A DNA stretch of 64,000 nt from an uncultured delta proteobacterium (GCA_963796685.1 CAWCMR010000001.1:1-64000), one strand, 5' to 3'. Positions 30,378 through 40,142 are shown, numbered from the stretch's first letter. The notes: generated from the sequence alone by a model not told the origin. Made by a program: numbers and translations.

Positions 30378-32216
30378 TTGGTAGGCGCAAGTTTTCGCAT
30401 CGCTTTCACGTCCGCCGCATTCCTTGCCCTGACCCAGGGCGCGGCGCGCGCCGACCAACGCGCCTGCAGCGAATCCGGCGACACCCGCATTTGGTGGTCG
30501 CCGATTGCACCTGCCGCGGGCAGCCCGCTTCGTATCCTGGCGGTCAGCGAGGATGTGCGCGAAGGCGAAATCCAGCTCGTGCGGTCGGGGCGCGCCGCGG
30601 AGAAGCTGGCGACCTCCAGGCGCGGCGGTCCGCCTTTCAGCTTCGCCGCCGAGCTGCGCTCGGCCAGCGCGGGCAACTGGCGCATCGAGCTCGTCAAGAA
30701 CGGCGAAACGGTCGCCTGCCACCGCATCTCCGTGGCGACCAAGGGCCACCAAGCCACGCCAGCGCGCCCGGACAGTCCGGGCGCCTGGAAGGCGACGCAA
30801 GAGTGGAGCCGCACCACCGAGAGCTTCTTCTCGGCCTGGATCGAGCGCCTGTTCGATGCGCCGGCCGAGGCCAACCTGGGATTTCCCTCGCTCGCGCCGG
30901 TGCTGCACGACCCGGCCCGCAATTTTCTGTGGGGGTATCTCGGGCTGCGCGAAGACGATCCCAAGAATCGCGACATCCCGCGCGCCGTCCCCGATTGCGC
31001 CGACCTGCCCTACTACCTGCGCGCGTACTTCGCCTGGAAGCTGGGCTTGCCCTTCGCGCTCCGCGACTGTGACCGCGGCAAGAGCGACCGCCCGCCGAGG
31101 TGCGGCCCCATCCTGCACAACGAGCAAGCCGACGAGAACATCCACGGCAGCGGCGCGCTCGAGCGCTTTCGCAGCTTCCTGCGCGTCTTGGCCAACCGGG
31201 TTCATTCGGGCAGCGCGCGCACCGCCCTCGACGACGAGCAAACCGATTTCTATCCCGTGGCGCTCGCGCGAACGGCCCTGCGGCCGGGCACCATCTACGC
31301 CGACCCCTACGGCCACGTGCTCATGATCTCCGCCTGGGTCGAGCAGACCCCCGACCACGGCGGCTTGCTCTTCGCCGTCGACGGTCAACCCGACAACACG
31401 GTTGGCCGCAAACGCTTCTGGGAAGGGAACTTCCTGTTCGACAGCGACGTCAAGAGCGCCGGTCCCGGCTTCAAGGCCTTTCGCCCCATCGTGCGCGGCC
31501 CGGACCGGGCCCTCGCGCCTCTGCCGAACGGCGCGCTGGTCGCCGATCGCCGTTTTGCCCCGTTTTCCGCAGAGCAGGCCGGGATGAACCGCGAGACCTT
31601 CTACGCCCGCATGGCCAAGGTCATCAACCCGGCCGGGCTCGACGCACGCGGGGCCTATGCCGAGACCATGAACGCGCTGGTCGAGCAACTCACCACGCGC
31701 GTGGGCTCGGTGGACAACGGCGAACGCTTCATGCGCGAGAAGAACAATCCCATCGTGCCCATGCCCGTGGGCCCCAAGATCTTCGAGACCGTGGGAGCGT
31801 GGGAAGACTACGCCACCCCGTCGCGTGACATGCGCCTGCTCATGGCCCTGCGCGTGCTCACGGGATTGCCCGCACGCATTTCCGAGCACCCCGAGCTGTT
31901 CAAGCTGGGCGGGCGCAAGCCGGCGGAGGTGCGCGCCGAGATCGAGGCCCTGCATGAAAAGCAGATTCGCGAGCGCGCGGTGGAATACCGCCGCAGCGAC
32001 GGCTCCGTGTTCCGTCTGACCGTCGCCGATATCCTGGCACGCCGCCCGGCCCTGGAAATGGCCTACAACCCGAACGACTGTGTCGAGCTCCGCTGGGGCG
32101 CCAGCGAAGGAACCGCCGACTTCGCGACCTGCAAGCGCCACGCGCCCGAGGAGCAGCGCGCGCGCATGCAAGCATACCGCACCTGGTTTCACGAGGCCAA
32201 ACGCCCGAGTCGTTGA
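30378..32216 (+). CDS. Secreted conserved hypothetical protein (DCAD...GHV motifs)
   Basis: 612-aa ORF with strong GC3 bias, SD AAGGAG, signal peptide; DCADLPYYLRAYFAWK, YGHVL, TPSRD. Confidence 0.82.
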   Translation: MVGASFRIAFTSAAFLALTQGAARADQRACSESGDTRIWWSPIAPAAGSPLRILAVSEDVREGEIQLVRSGRAAEKLATSRRGGPPFSFAAELRSASAGNWRIELVKNGETVACHRISVATKGHQATPARPDSPGAWKATQEWSRTTESFFSAWIERLFDAPAEANLGFPSLAPVLHDPARNFLWGYLGLREDDPKNRDIPRAVPDCADLPYYLRAYFAWKLGLPFALRDCDRGKSDRPPRCGPILHNEQADENIHGSGALERFRSFLRVLANRVHSGSARTALDDEQTDFYPVALARTALRPGTIYADPYGHVLMISAWVEQTPDHGGLLFAVDGQPDNTVGRKRFWEGNFLFDSDVKSAGPGFKAFRPIVRGPDRALAPLPNGALVADRRFAPFSAEQAGMNRETFYARMAKVINPAGLDARGAYAETMNALVEQLTTRVGSVDNGERFMREKNNPIVPMPVGPKIFETVGAWEDYATPSRDMRLLMALRVLTGLPARISEHPELFKLGGRKPAEVRAEIEALHEKQIRERAVEYRRSDGSVFRLTVADILARRPALEMAYNPNDCVELRWGASEGTADFATCKRHAPEEQRARMQAYRTWFHEAKRPSR

Positions 32217-32217
32217 A

Positions 32218-32435
32218 ATGGGAACCCTGGGAGGGTTCCCATACCCTCCCGCGCTCTGGCTTCGGCGGGCGTAGCCCGCCTTCGCCTACGCGTTTGATGG
32301 AAACCCTGGGAGGGTTTGCTCTGCACTCGGCACCCGCCAGCCCGTGCTCCTTCGCCTTTGGGGGCGAGCGTAGCCCAGCTTTGCTGGGCGAAGCGAGGGG
32401 GGACCGGGGGACTGCGAGAGCGAGCCAGTCCCCCG
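32218..32435. repeat. Cluster of REP-like palindromes
   Basis: Hairpins ATGGGAACCCT-GGG-AGGGTTCCCAT, GGCGGGC-GTA-GCCCGCC, GCCCAGC-TTT-GCTGGGC and GGGGGACTG...CAGTCCCCC; 20-nt direct repeat at 32218 and 32297. Confidence 0.75.
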
Positions 32436-32650
32436 TAAGATACAAGGGGCTGTCACGTTTCATGCCTGAAGGATCCGGGGCATCGGCCAAGCGGCGGTAC
32501 TGGGAGAGTTTCCGTACTCATGGAGAAATGGCCTACGTTGTGAGCCTGTGCTCACCTATGCCCACGCACCAGTTTGCGCCCGGTGAAATGTTTTCCTAGT
32601 GCTGTCGATGTATGTCCTATGATCGCGATGGAAACGCACATGATCTCGGC

Positions 32651-32666
32651 TGGCCGAACGATTGCA
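32651..32666 (+). promoter_or_regulatory. Putative sigma54 promoter of the minor pilin cluster
   Basis: TGGCCGA-ACGA-TTGCA with correct GG/GC spacing, 20 nt before ATG 32687. Confidence 0.5.
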
Positions 32667-32686
32667 TGCAAATGGAGTGGGGAAGA

Positions 32687-33274
32687 ATGGTAACCGTCCG
32701 AAAACGCGATGCAGGTTTCACCCTCACGGAGCTGATGGTGGTGGTGGTGATCCTCTCGCTGCTTGCCGCGCTCTCGACACCGCTATTCACGCGTGACAAC
32801 AACGCGCGCAGGGGGCGCGACTGGACCAAGATGGTCGCCCAACTCCTGCAGCGTGCCCGCTTCCAAGCCATGGGCGACAGGTCCAACATCCACGTTCTGC
32901 TCTACCGCACCCGCGTCGACATCTACCGCGAAGAGCCGCCTGGAGCAGCGACACCCTTTACGCTGCTGAGCTCGACCCAAGGGCCTGCCGCCGACGGTGA
33001 CAAGACGGTGGCGATCTGGGATGCGAGAACGGACGTCACCCTCCCCTCCGCCCAAAACAGCACGCTGGTCGGCGCGCCCGCTGCGCCAACCTCGCCCACG
33101 CCCAACAACGACATCGTCTTTACCTCCCTCGGTAGCACGGCGAACACGACCAGTTGGCGCGTGTACCTGCGCAACGAGCTACTGGCATCGGTCCACCCCG
33201 ATGCCTCCTTCGTCATCAATATCGGCGGCCTGACTGGTTTCATCTCGACCAACGACAAGGTGACCTTGCCGTGA
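32687..33274 (+). CDS. Minor pilin, FimT/FimU-like
   Basis: G|FTLTELMVVVVILSLLAALS class III signal; ARFQAM motif. Confidence 0.82.
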   Translation: MVTVRKRDAGFTLTELMVVVVILSLLAALSTPLFTRDNNARRGRDWTKMVAQLLQRARFQAMGDRSNIHVLLYRTRVDIYREEPPGAATPFTLLSSTQGPAADGDKTVAIWDARTDVTLPSAQNSTLVGAPAAPTSPTPNNDIVFTSLGSTANTTSWRVYLRNELLASVHPDASFVINIGGLTGFISTNDKVTLP

Positions 33275-33786
33275 CACGAGAGGCGGGTTTCACGCTCGTC
33301 GAAGTCATGGTTTCCATGCTCATCGGTACGATCGGGCTGATGGGCACGATTGCGGTTCAGCAGTCCATCATCAGTACTTCCCGAAGCGCCAACGACGCGG
33401 CCGTGGCCATGCGTCTGGCAAGCCAGAAGCTGGAAGAGCTGTCCAGCCGCAACACGGACAGCCAGCCCGCAGATATGGCCATCGGCTTGTTTCCGCTGGC
33501 CACGGCTCCCAACGCAACACCCGAATGGCGGCCGAAGGACGCAACGGGGCAAGCGGTGCCTGAATACCTCGACGCCGAGGGCCTCTGCGTTCGCGGCAGC
33601 GACGGCTTGCCCGTCGCGCCTCAGCCCGGGCAGCTGGGCCGCTATCGATGGCGCCGACAGTGGCGGGTGGTCGACACGGGAACCGGCTTGCCCTACGTGA
33701 TCTCGGTCATCGTCACCTACGACGGTGATTCCGGTACCCCCAAGACCGTCCGCCTCGATCTCGAAAGGAGGAAGTCCTGGAATTGA
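33271..33786 (+). CDS. Minor pilin, PilV-like
   Basis: G|FTLVEVMVSMLIGTIGLMG; LASQKLEEL; GTGA overlap with the upstream gene. Confidence 0.82.
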   Translation: MTREAGFTLVEVMVSMLIGTIGLMGTIAVQQSIISTSRSANDAAVAMRLASQKLEELSSRNTDSQPADMAIGLFPLATAPNATPEWRPKDATGQAVPEYLDAEGLCVRGSDGLPVAPQPGQLGRYRWRRQWRVVDTGTGLPYVISVIVTYDGDSGTPKTVRLDLERRKSWN

Positions 33787-35096
33787 GGTATGGACGAAGG
33801 CCCAGCGCCGGCATGACCCTCGTCGAGATCATGATCACCCTGGTCATCTCCTCGATCATCGCGGCCTCGACTTTCATGTTCTTCGCGGGTCAGCAACGCA
33901 TTTACGATACCCAAACCAAGCTGCTCAACATCCAGCAGAACCTCTGGGCGTCCATGGAGGTGATGGCTCGCTACACGCGCGCCTCTGGAAGTGGCATGTA
34001 CGAGTGCGTACGCCCAGCGAGCTACTACAATGCGACCGCCGACAACGGCTCGCGGGTCCTCAGCACGACGCCCAGCGCAGGCCCGCTGACCGCCAGCTTG
34101 ACGGACAGGCCCCCCACCGGCATTCGCGCCTACAGTGCTGCCACCGGCGACATGCAGTGGATCCCGCCGCTGTGGATTGTCGACAACGACACCAGCGACA
34201 CCACGGCTGGAGTCATCGAGAACACGGATGTGATCAGCGTGGCCTTCGGGAATCGCACCTCGGGCGCGGACATCGATGCCCCGCTCTCGCTCGATTTCGC
34301 CAGCACCACGCCCGCAGCAGTCATCAACCTGGCCGGCGTCGGCACGGGAGGCATGTTCCGCCTCGGGGAATTCGTTCTTCTGCTCACCACGCCGGACTGG
34401 ACCTACGGCGGCGATCCCAACGTCGATCGCGGATGCACCATGTTCCAGATCACCTCCGATCCGATCGGGTCCAACACCCTGGCCCACCCCGCAACCGCCA
34501 TTGGCGCCGGGGGTATCGTTTGGAATCCGAGCGGCGATATCCCCGGCATGCTCCCCATCGGGGGCTACACCGGTGGTTCGGCCGGAGTGCGCAATTTCGG
34601 GCAGCTCACCTGGGTGACCTTCTTCGTACAGACCGGGAGCAATGGCATTCCCAATCTGATGATGCAAGAGCGGCATCTCGGCGGAACCTCCGGTACGGCG
34701 CAGGTCCTGGCCGAGGGAATCGAGGATCTCCAGGTGTCGTTCGCCTGCGATACGGGAAGCCTGGCCAACAGCAACCTGACCCAACTCAATGGCCAGCTCG
34801 ACGAAGGCACCGACGACGCCACCAAGATGGACGACGAGTGGTGGAACAACGTGCCCAACGACCACTTACCCCTGATCGGCACCGCGGGGTTCTGCAACAT
34901 GCCCACCGCTGTGCGCCTGACCCTGGTCGTACGCACCCTGACACCCGACGATTTCATCGACACCTCCATCACCAACAACGGTCCCATGGACGTCGAAGAC
35001 CATCACTACCCGGCAGACTCGACCCGGCCCAGGGATCAATTCCGACGCCGCGTGCTCACAACGACCGTCTATCCCCGCAACAACAAGCCCCTATAG
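33783..35096 (+). CDS. Minor pilin, PilW-like
   Basis: G|MTLVEIMITLVISSIIAA, QQNL, LAEGIEDLQV, AVRLTLVVRT and a C-terminal PRN motif typical of PilW. Confidence 0.85.
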   Translation: MRYGRRPSAGMTLVEIMITLVISSIIAASTFMFFAGQQRIYDTQTKLLNIQQNLWASMEVMARYTRASGSGMYECVRPASYYNATADNGSRVLSTTPSAGPLTASLTDRPPTGIRAYSAATGDMQWIPPLWIVDNDTSDTTAGVIENTDVISVAFGNRTSGADIDAPLSLDFASTTPAAVINLAGVGTGGMFRLGEFVLLLTTPDWTYGGDPNVDRGCTMFQITSDPIGSNTLAHPATAIGAGGIVWNPSGDIPGMLPIGGYTGGSAGVRNFGQLTWVTFFVQTGSNGIPNLMMQERHLGGTSGTAQVLAEGIEDLQVSFACDTGSLANSNLTQLNGQLDEGTDDATKMDDEWWNNVPNDHLPLIGTAGFCNMPTAVRLTLVVRTLTPDDFIDTSITNNGPMDVEDHHYPADSTRPRDQFRRRVLTTTVYPRNNKPL

Positions 35097-36463
35097 TCCA
35101 TAGTCCGTCTACCTCCACGACCATCCGTCACCGTGACCGATCCGGCGTGTCGCTTCGCCGTTCGCTCGAACACCGCAAACTCCCGGCGGAGGGGGGTGGA
35201 ACCGTGATTGCCCATGGTTGGCGCCGGCGGGGCAGCAGGGGGCGAGGGGGCAGTGTGTGGCGCCGGTGGGAGACCCGCGGGCGCCGGGGGCACAGGAGGG
35301 GGTGCTGGTGGGGAAGGCGGCGCCGGTGGCGGTGCCGGTGCCGGCGGAGGTGTCTGATCCTGTATCGGCAGCGGCGCGATGGCGGGCGCGGGCGGCGGCG
35401 CGGGGACCGGGGCCGGAATAGGTGGCGGGGCCATTCGTGGGTGGGGTGGCAGCGGCGGAGGAAGGGCGACCGCGGCCCGGGCCGGCGGAGTTGGCCTCGT
35501 GGGAGGCGTGAGGCTGACGAAAGGCGAGGTCTTTTGCCACGTCACGCTGCTCATGTTGCGAAACGTGCCGGTGGCGCGAAACCCGATGAATCCGTCGGGC
35601 CGCTTGCCCATCTGGGCGGTCAAATCCATGATGGTGCGCAGCTTTTCCGAGCTGCGCAACAGGCTGTCGCTCAGCTTGAAGCGAACGTAGAGATCCACGT
35701 GCGATGCGGCGAGGGGCTGGGCAAGGTGGATTTCGCCTTCGACGCTGACCTCGAGATCCTGCGACTTGAGCTGAATGTTTTGCAGGCGTCCCACGCCTTT
35801 GTCCATGACGACCTTGCCCGAGAAGTCACCCAGCCGAATCTTGGGCAAACCCAACCCCTCCGCGAGCAGGGGATTGCTCGCAATGGTCAGCTTGGCCTTG
35901 CCGTCGCCCACGGCGCAGGCCGTACACGTCCAGGCCAGCGTTCCCTTCGTTTCGGACGGGCGCTGCTTCGGCATCTCCACGTCCATCTTGAGATCGAGTT
36001 TCCCTGCCAGGGGAAGATTGATGGCGCTCTTCACCCAAGGGATCTCGGCCAGATCGATCTCGTCCGCGCGCGTTCGGACGGTCGTGTCGCTCTTGCCGAC
36101 CTTCGCTTTGACATCGAGATCGCCGCCGAAAACCTTCGCAGAGACACTGTACGCGTTGGTTCCGAACAAGTAAGAGAGGAACGACCAACTCAGGGTGGCC
36201 TTGTCGATCAGGATGCGTGTCGGTTTCTCGGTTCCACTCGCCGGCGATACCAGCGTGACTTCCCTGAGCGTCATGCCCCCACCGAGCGAAGGACCCGCGT
36301 GCTTCGCTTCCATGTCGTAGCCCATGCCCGCCACCTTGCTCGCCAGCAGGTCCTTGAAGCGCCCATAGGGTAGCGACACGTAAAAGACGATGGCGAAGAC
36401 AAGAAAGCCGAAAACCGTGATGGCGCCAATCTTGCCGAACCGGCGCAGCTTCTCGCTGGGCAT
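35069..36463 (-). CDS. gspN: Type II secretion system protein N with a Pro-rich C-terminal tail
   Basis: Last gene of the gsp operon; N-terminal TM followed by LPY and a beta-rich body. Confidence 0.8.
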   Translation of the reverse strand: MPSEKLRRFGKIGAITVFGFLVFAIVFYVSLPYGRFKDLLASKVAGMGYDMEAKHAGPSLGGGMTLREVTLVSPASGTEKPTRILIDKATLSWSFLSYLFGTNAYSVSAKVFGGDLDVKAKVGKSDTTVRTRADEIDLAEIPWVKSAINLPLAGKLDLKMDVEMPKQRPSETKGTLAWTCTACAVGDGKAKLTIASNPLLAEGLGLPKIRLGDFSGKVVMDKGVGRLQNIQLKSQDLEVSVEGEIHLAQPLAASHVDLYVRFKLSDSLLRSSEKLRTIMDLTAQMGKRPDGFIGFRATGTFRNMSSVTWQKTSPFVSLTPPTRPTPPARAAVALPPPLPPHPRMAPPPIPAPVPAPPPAPAIAPLPIQDQTPPPAPAPPPAPPSPPAPPPVPPAPAGLPPAPHTAPSPPAAPPAPTMGNHGSTPLRREFAVFERTAKRHAGSVTVTDGRGGRRTMDYRGLLLRG

Positions 36464-36466
36464 GGT

Positions 36467-37117
36467 CTAGCCCTTGCCCTTTCCGGCCGCGGCGCCACCC
36501 TTGAGCAAAGGCTTCTTGCCACCACTCTTGATTCTCTCGTACGTGGTCGCGGTCAAATCCACGTCGACCGTGGTGCCATCGCCGCCGAAGCTGCGCCGGA
36601 TCTGCAGACGCGTGACGAGCACCAGGCTGCGGCCGGTTTCCACCTTGCTGAGAAAGTTGGCGAGCGATTTCAGGTCGACCTTGCGCAGCTTGACGTCCAG
36701 GCTGTGCTCGATATAGCGCTTGCCCGCGGGCGCGTCGGGACGGTCGGCGGTCTCCGGGATCTGGATGCCGGCTTCTTTGGCCGCAGCTTCCAAATCGGCG
36801 GCGAGCTGCGGGGGCTCGCTGCCGATGCGCAGCGCTTGCGCCGCCGCGCGCGCCTTGGCATCGCGGAACTCGTCGCTGTGCTTGGCGATGGCGTCGAGAG
36901 CGTCGCGCATGTCCCGGTTGTCCTGGGACATGGTCTGCATGGCATCGAAGACCAGGTACCCGATGACCAGGACGGCACAGCCCGCGAACGCGCCGCCCAG
37001 GATCGAAATCAGGCGTCGCTCGCGCGCCGACATGCGATTCCATTCGACGGCGGCATAGGCGCCCGGACGCCCGACCAGGGTTCGGAGTTTGGCGAATAGA
37101 CGCATCAAGAATCTCAT
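36467..37117 (-). CDS. gspM: Type II secretion system protein M
   Basis: WNRMSARERRLI plus TM, LANFLSKVE; lies between gspL and gspN. Confidence 0.85.
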   Translation of the reverse strand: MRFLMRLFAKLRTLVGRPGAYAAVEWNRMSARERRLISILGGAFAGCAVLVIGYLVFDAMQTMSQDNRDMRDALDAIAKHSDEFRDAKARAAAQALRIGSEPPQLAADLEAAAKEAGIQIPETADRPDAPAGKRYIEHSLDVKLRKVDLKSLANFLSKVETGRSLVLVTRLQIRRSFGGDGTTVDVDLTATTYERIKSGGKKPLLKGGAAAGKGKG

Positions 37118-37130
37118 GGGTTCATCATCC

Positions 37131-38744
37131 TCAAGGGCACTTGGACGCGATGGTTAGGGTGAACTGCTTGGCACCTCCCGAAACCTCGGTGATGGGGCCC
37201 TTGCTGATGTCCTCGAAACACTCGACGCCCTTCAACTTGGCGACGATCTCGTCGACCGCGGCAGCGGAGTCGATGGTGCCCTTGATGGTGGTCTTCTTCG
37301 GCTTGATGTCGAGATCCTCGATGTCGATCTTGACCTTGTCGGCGGATGGGATGTGGCTGGAAATGTCGTCCAACAAATCGTAGGCCGTGGCCTTGGGCAA
37401 GGGCGCCATCTCGTCACGGAAGCTGCGCTTGAGCGCCGCGGTTACGTCGGTCGCCTCCATGCGGGTCTCGCCGAAGAGCTCCTTGGTGGCGGTTTGAAGC
37501 TGCGCCTTGAGCACGCGCTGCTCGGCCGATAACCGGCGCAAGGTCATGGTGGCGTGGATGCCGCCACAGACAAGCAAGGACGCGGCCAGGAAGACGAGGT
37601 GCGAGGCCCGTTGGCGCAGGATGGAGAAGCTCGCCCGGTACTGGAACTCCCCGCGCCGAAGATCCAACTGTTTGTGTCCACGCACGGCGATTTCGGCGAT
37701 GGTGCTGGCCAGCACGAAGCGGTCGGCCTCCGGCTCCCGCGCTTCGATCTCGACGGGAAGCCCGTCCGGTCCCTCCTTGGCCTCGGGTGGTGCGAGCAGA
37801 GGGCGCACGGGGATGGCCAGCTCGTCCTCGAGAAAGCCCGCCAGACCCGCGAGCCGCGAGCCGCCGCCGGTCAGCAGGATTTCCTCCACGGGCGCCTTGT
37901 CCTTGGCCGCGAAGCTGGTCAAGGTCTGGCGCAGATCGCGCAGAAGGGGCTGCAGCGCCTCGCGCACGATGGTATCGACGTTGACCTCCACGTTGGTCGC
38001 GGCGGGCCGGCGGCTGCTGGCCACGAATCCGACCTGCGCCTTGCCCTGCTCGGCCTGCTCCCAGGTCCAGGTGCCCTTCGACGCGCGCACAAGGCCCTTG
38101 GTGATGGCCTCGCCCCCGTCGAGCAGCGTGCGCGCGAACACGGCCTCGTCCCCGACGACGAAGCACAGGTTGGTGCGACGGTGTCCGATGTCCGCGATCA
38201 CGCGGCACCCTGGTGGACTGTCGTCGAGGACGACCGCGGGGCTTCGTGGCCGGTACAGCAAAGGCGCCACATAGAGCGACCGCGCATCCACATTGCAACC
38301 CTTCATCGCCTCGAGGAAGGTGCGCACCGCCTCGATGCGGGCGGCCACCACCAAAGCGCGACACCCGGCGTCGCCCTCGTCGACTTGCCCGCGCGCCGAC
38401 AGCACGACGTGGTCCAGAATCACGTCGTTGAGCTCGTGAATGATCTGGCCTTCCATCTCGTAGCCCACGACCTGATCGATCTTGCGCGCATCCGCGAAGG
38501 GCAGCTCCAGCACGCGCAGGGTCAGCATGTCCCCCGGCAAGGCCAGGTAGGCGGTGGTTCCGCCCGGCAGGCGCAAGGCACCTTGGCGCAAGGCTTCGTA
38601 CTGCCGTTCGATGAAGGGCCGCTCGTCGACGGCGACGCGCTCTTCGAACATCGAGGCGACCCGGGTGTGGCGGAATCCCACGTCGAGAACGGTGAACTTC
38701 ACCGCCCAGGAGCCAAGGTCGATTCCGGTGATGGTATGGGCCAT
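37131..38744 (-). CDS. gspL: Type II secretion system protein L (PilM/actin-like N-terminus)
   Basis: GIDLGSWAVK, ADIGHRRT, ILLTGGGSRLAG, LDLRRGEF, TM and a PilN-like C-terminus. Confidence 0.87.
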   Translation of the reverse strand: MAHTITGIDLGSWAVKFTVLDVGFRHTRVASMFEERVAVDERPFIERQYEALRQGALRLPGGTTAYLALPGDMLTLRVLELPFADARKIDQVVGYEMEGQIIHELNDVILDHVVLSARGQVDEGDAGCRALVVAARIEAVRTFLEAMKGCNVDARSLYVAPLLYRPRSPAVVLDDSPPGCRVIADIGHRRTNLCFVVGDEAVFARTLLDGGEAITKGLVRASKGTWTWEQAEQGKAQVGFVASSRRPAATNVEVNVDTIVREALQPLLRDLRQTLTSFAAKDKAPVEEILLTGGGSRLAGLAGFLEDELAIPVRPLLAPPEAKEGPDGLPVEIEAREPEADRFVLASTIAEIAVRGHKQLDLRRGEFQYRASFSILRQRASHLVFLAASLLVCGGIHATMTLRRLSAEQRVLKAQLQTATKELFGETRMEATDVTAALKRSFRDEMAPLPKATAYDLLDDISSHIPSADKVKIDIEDLDIKPKKTTIKGTIDSAAAVDEIVAKLKGVECFEDISKGPITEVSGGAKQFTLTIASKCP

Positions 38745-38751
38745 GGTGCTG

Positions 38752-40137
38752 CTATTCCTCCCGCCAATACTGGAAAACCCCGGCAGCCTTCTCGCTGGCG
38801 GCGTCGTTCGTGACCGGGTTGTCGAGGCTGCGCGCGGTGTCCAGGATCGCAGTGATCCGCTTCTTCACCTTGCCGGACTCGCCGGTGGTCACGACCCGGT
38901 ACACGCGCGGTGGCCCGACATAGGCCACTTGCGACAGTTGCTGCTCGGTGATGGTGATGCCGGTCAGGTTCTGCATCATCTGGAAGCGCGGATCGTCCTT
39001 GGACAACGAACCCGCCGGATTGGTCAGCACGCCGATGACGGTCTTGAGGCTGTCGAAGCCGACCGCGGCGCTGCGCTCGCACAGCACGCTGGCCAGGGGG
39101 TAGATGCGGTTGTCGTCCAAGACGGACGGATCCGTGGGCGGCACCGTCGGATCGGGAATCAGCGCCGCGCGCACCAGCCCGACGATGAGGGGCGTGCAGT
39201 CGCCCTTGACCGAGGCCAGGTTGACCTTGCAGTTCTCGTCGCTGGCGTAGGTGGTGAGGTAGGGCTTGAAGGCCTCGGAAAAATCCGCGTTCATGCCGCG
39301 CACGAGCGCGGTCTCGCCGACGGTGTCGTAGTAGTTGTTGTTGGCGAGGTACGGATCCGCACGCTGGTCGTAGCGGTAGTCCTCCGGCCCGGCGTTGTTG
39401 GCGTCGATACTGAACATCTGCTCGTCGCCGTCGGCCCAGTCGATGAGCGCACGCGCCAGATCCGTGCGATCGACGAACATGCCGTCGGCGTCGGGCGTGG
39501 AGAACAGCAGGTCGTAGCGCGGGGACATGGTGAGCGCCGTGAGCAGCCGGAAGACCGTGATCTGCCGGCTGCGCACGGGGGCGGGACCGCCGCCGCAGTT
39601 GATGTCGATCTTGCCATCCTCGTTGGAGATCTCGGCATCCATGTGACCTGGCACGGCGGAAAGGCCCTTGGCCTGGCTGGTGTCGATGCCGACCATGCCG
39701 CCAAGCATGGCGACATCGGTCTTGTTGCCGCCGAAGAAGCCGAGCAGCATGGGCGCGTAGTCGGTGACGCGCAAGCTGATGCCGAGATCCTGGCCGTTGT
39801 TCATCTGGGCGAGCATCGCTTGCGCCTGGCTCATGATGGGCTCGACGAACTTGAGCTGGATCTTGATGAGCATGCGCGACAGCTCCATGGCCGAGCGCGC
39901 GAGGTAGTGGGCGCGCAGCTCGTCGCGCGCATTGGCGGCCTGCGCGGCGTCCACGGTCGTGCCGTAGGAGAATTGCGACACCAACGCAATCAGCAGGGAA
40001 AGCGCGGAGATCGTCACCAGCAAGGCCACGCCGCTCTGCCGGTCGCGGCTGCGGCGCGCGCGGAATCGCCCCACGAGCGCCGCGCGCATTCCGACGCGGG
40101 CTCGTTTCGCTGTCGTGGTCTTCTTGGACGTGAGCAT
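38752..40137 (-). CDS. gspK: Type II secretion system minor pseudopilin K
   Basis: G|VALLVTISAL (no E5), AHYLARS, EDGKIDIN, LIDWAD, KVNL; ATG at 40137. Confidence 0.88.
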   Translation of the reverse strand: MLTSKKTTTAKRARVGMRAALVGRFRARRSRDRQSGVALLVTISALSLLIALVSQFSYGTTVDAAQAANARDELRAHYLARSAMELSRMLIKIQLKFVEPIMSQAQAMLAQMNNGQDLGISLRVTDYAPMLLGFFGGNKTDVAMLGGMVGIDTSQAKGLSAVPGHMDAEISNEDGKIDINCGGGPAPVRSRQITVFRLLTALTMSPRYDLLFSTPDADGMFVDRTDLARALIDWADGDEQMFSIDANNAGPEDYRYDQRADPYLANNNYYDTVGETALVRGMNADFSEAFKPYLTTYASDENCKVNLASVKGDCTPLIVGLVRAALIPDPTVPPTDPSVLDDNRIYPLASVLCERSAAVGFDSLKTVIGVLTNPAGSLSKDDPRFQMMQNLTGITITEQQLSQVAYVGPPRVYRVVTTGESGKVKKRITAILDTARSLDNPVTNDAASEKAAGVFQYWREE

Positions 40138-40142
40138 GGGTC

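Noticed and set aside
32213-32599. 128-aa ORF after the 612-aa gene
   Set aside because: It spans the palindromic repeat cluster, has atypical composition and no motifs; probably non-coding.
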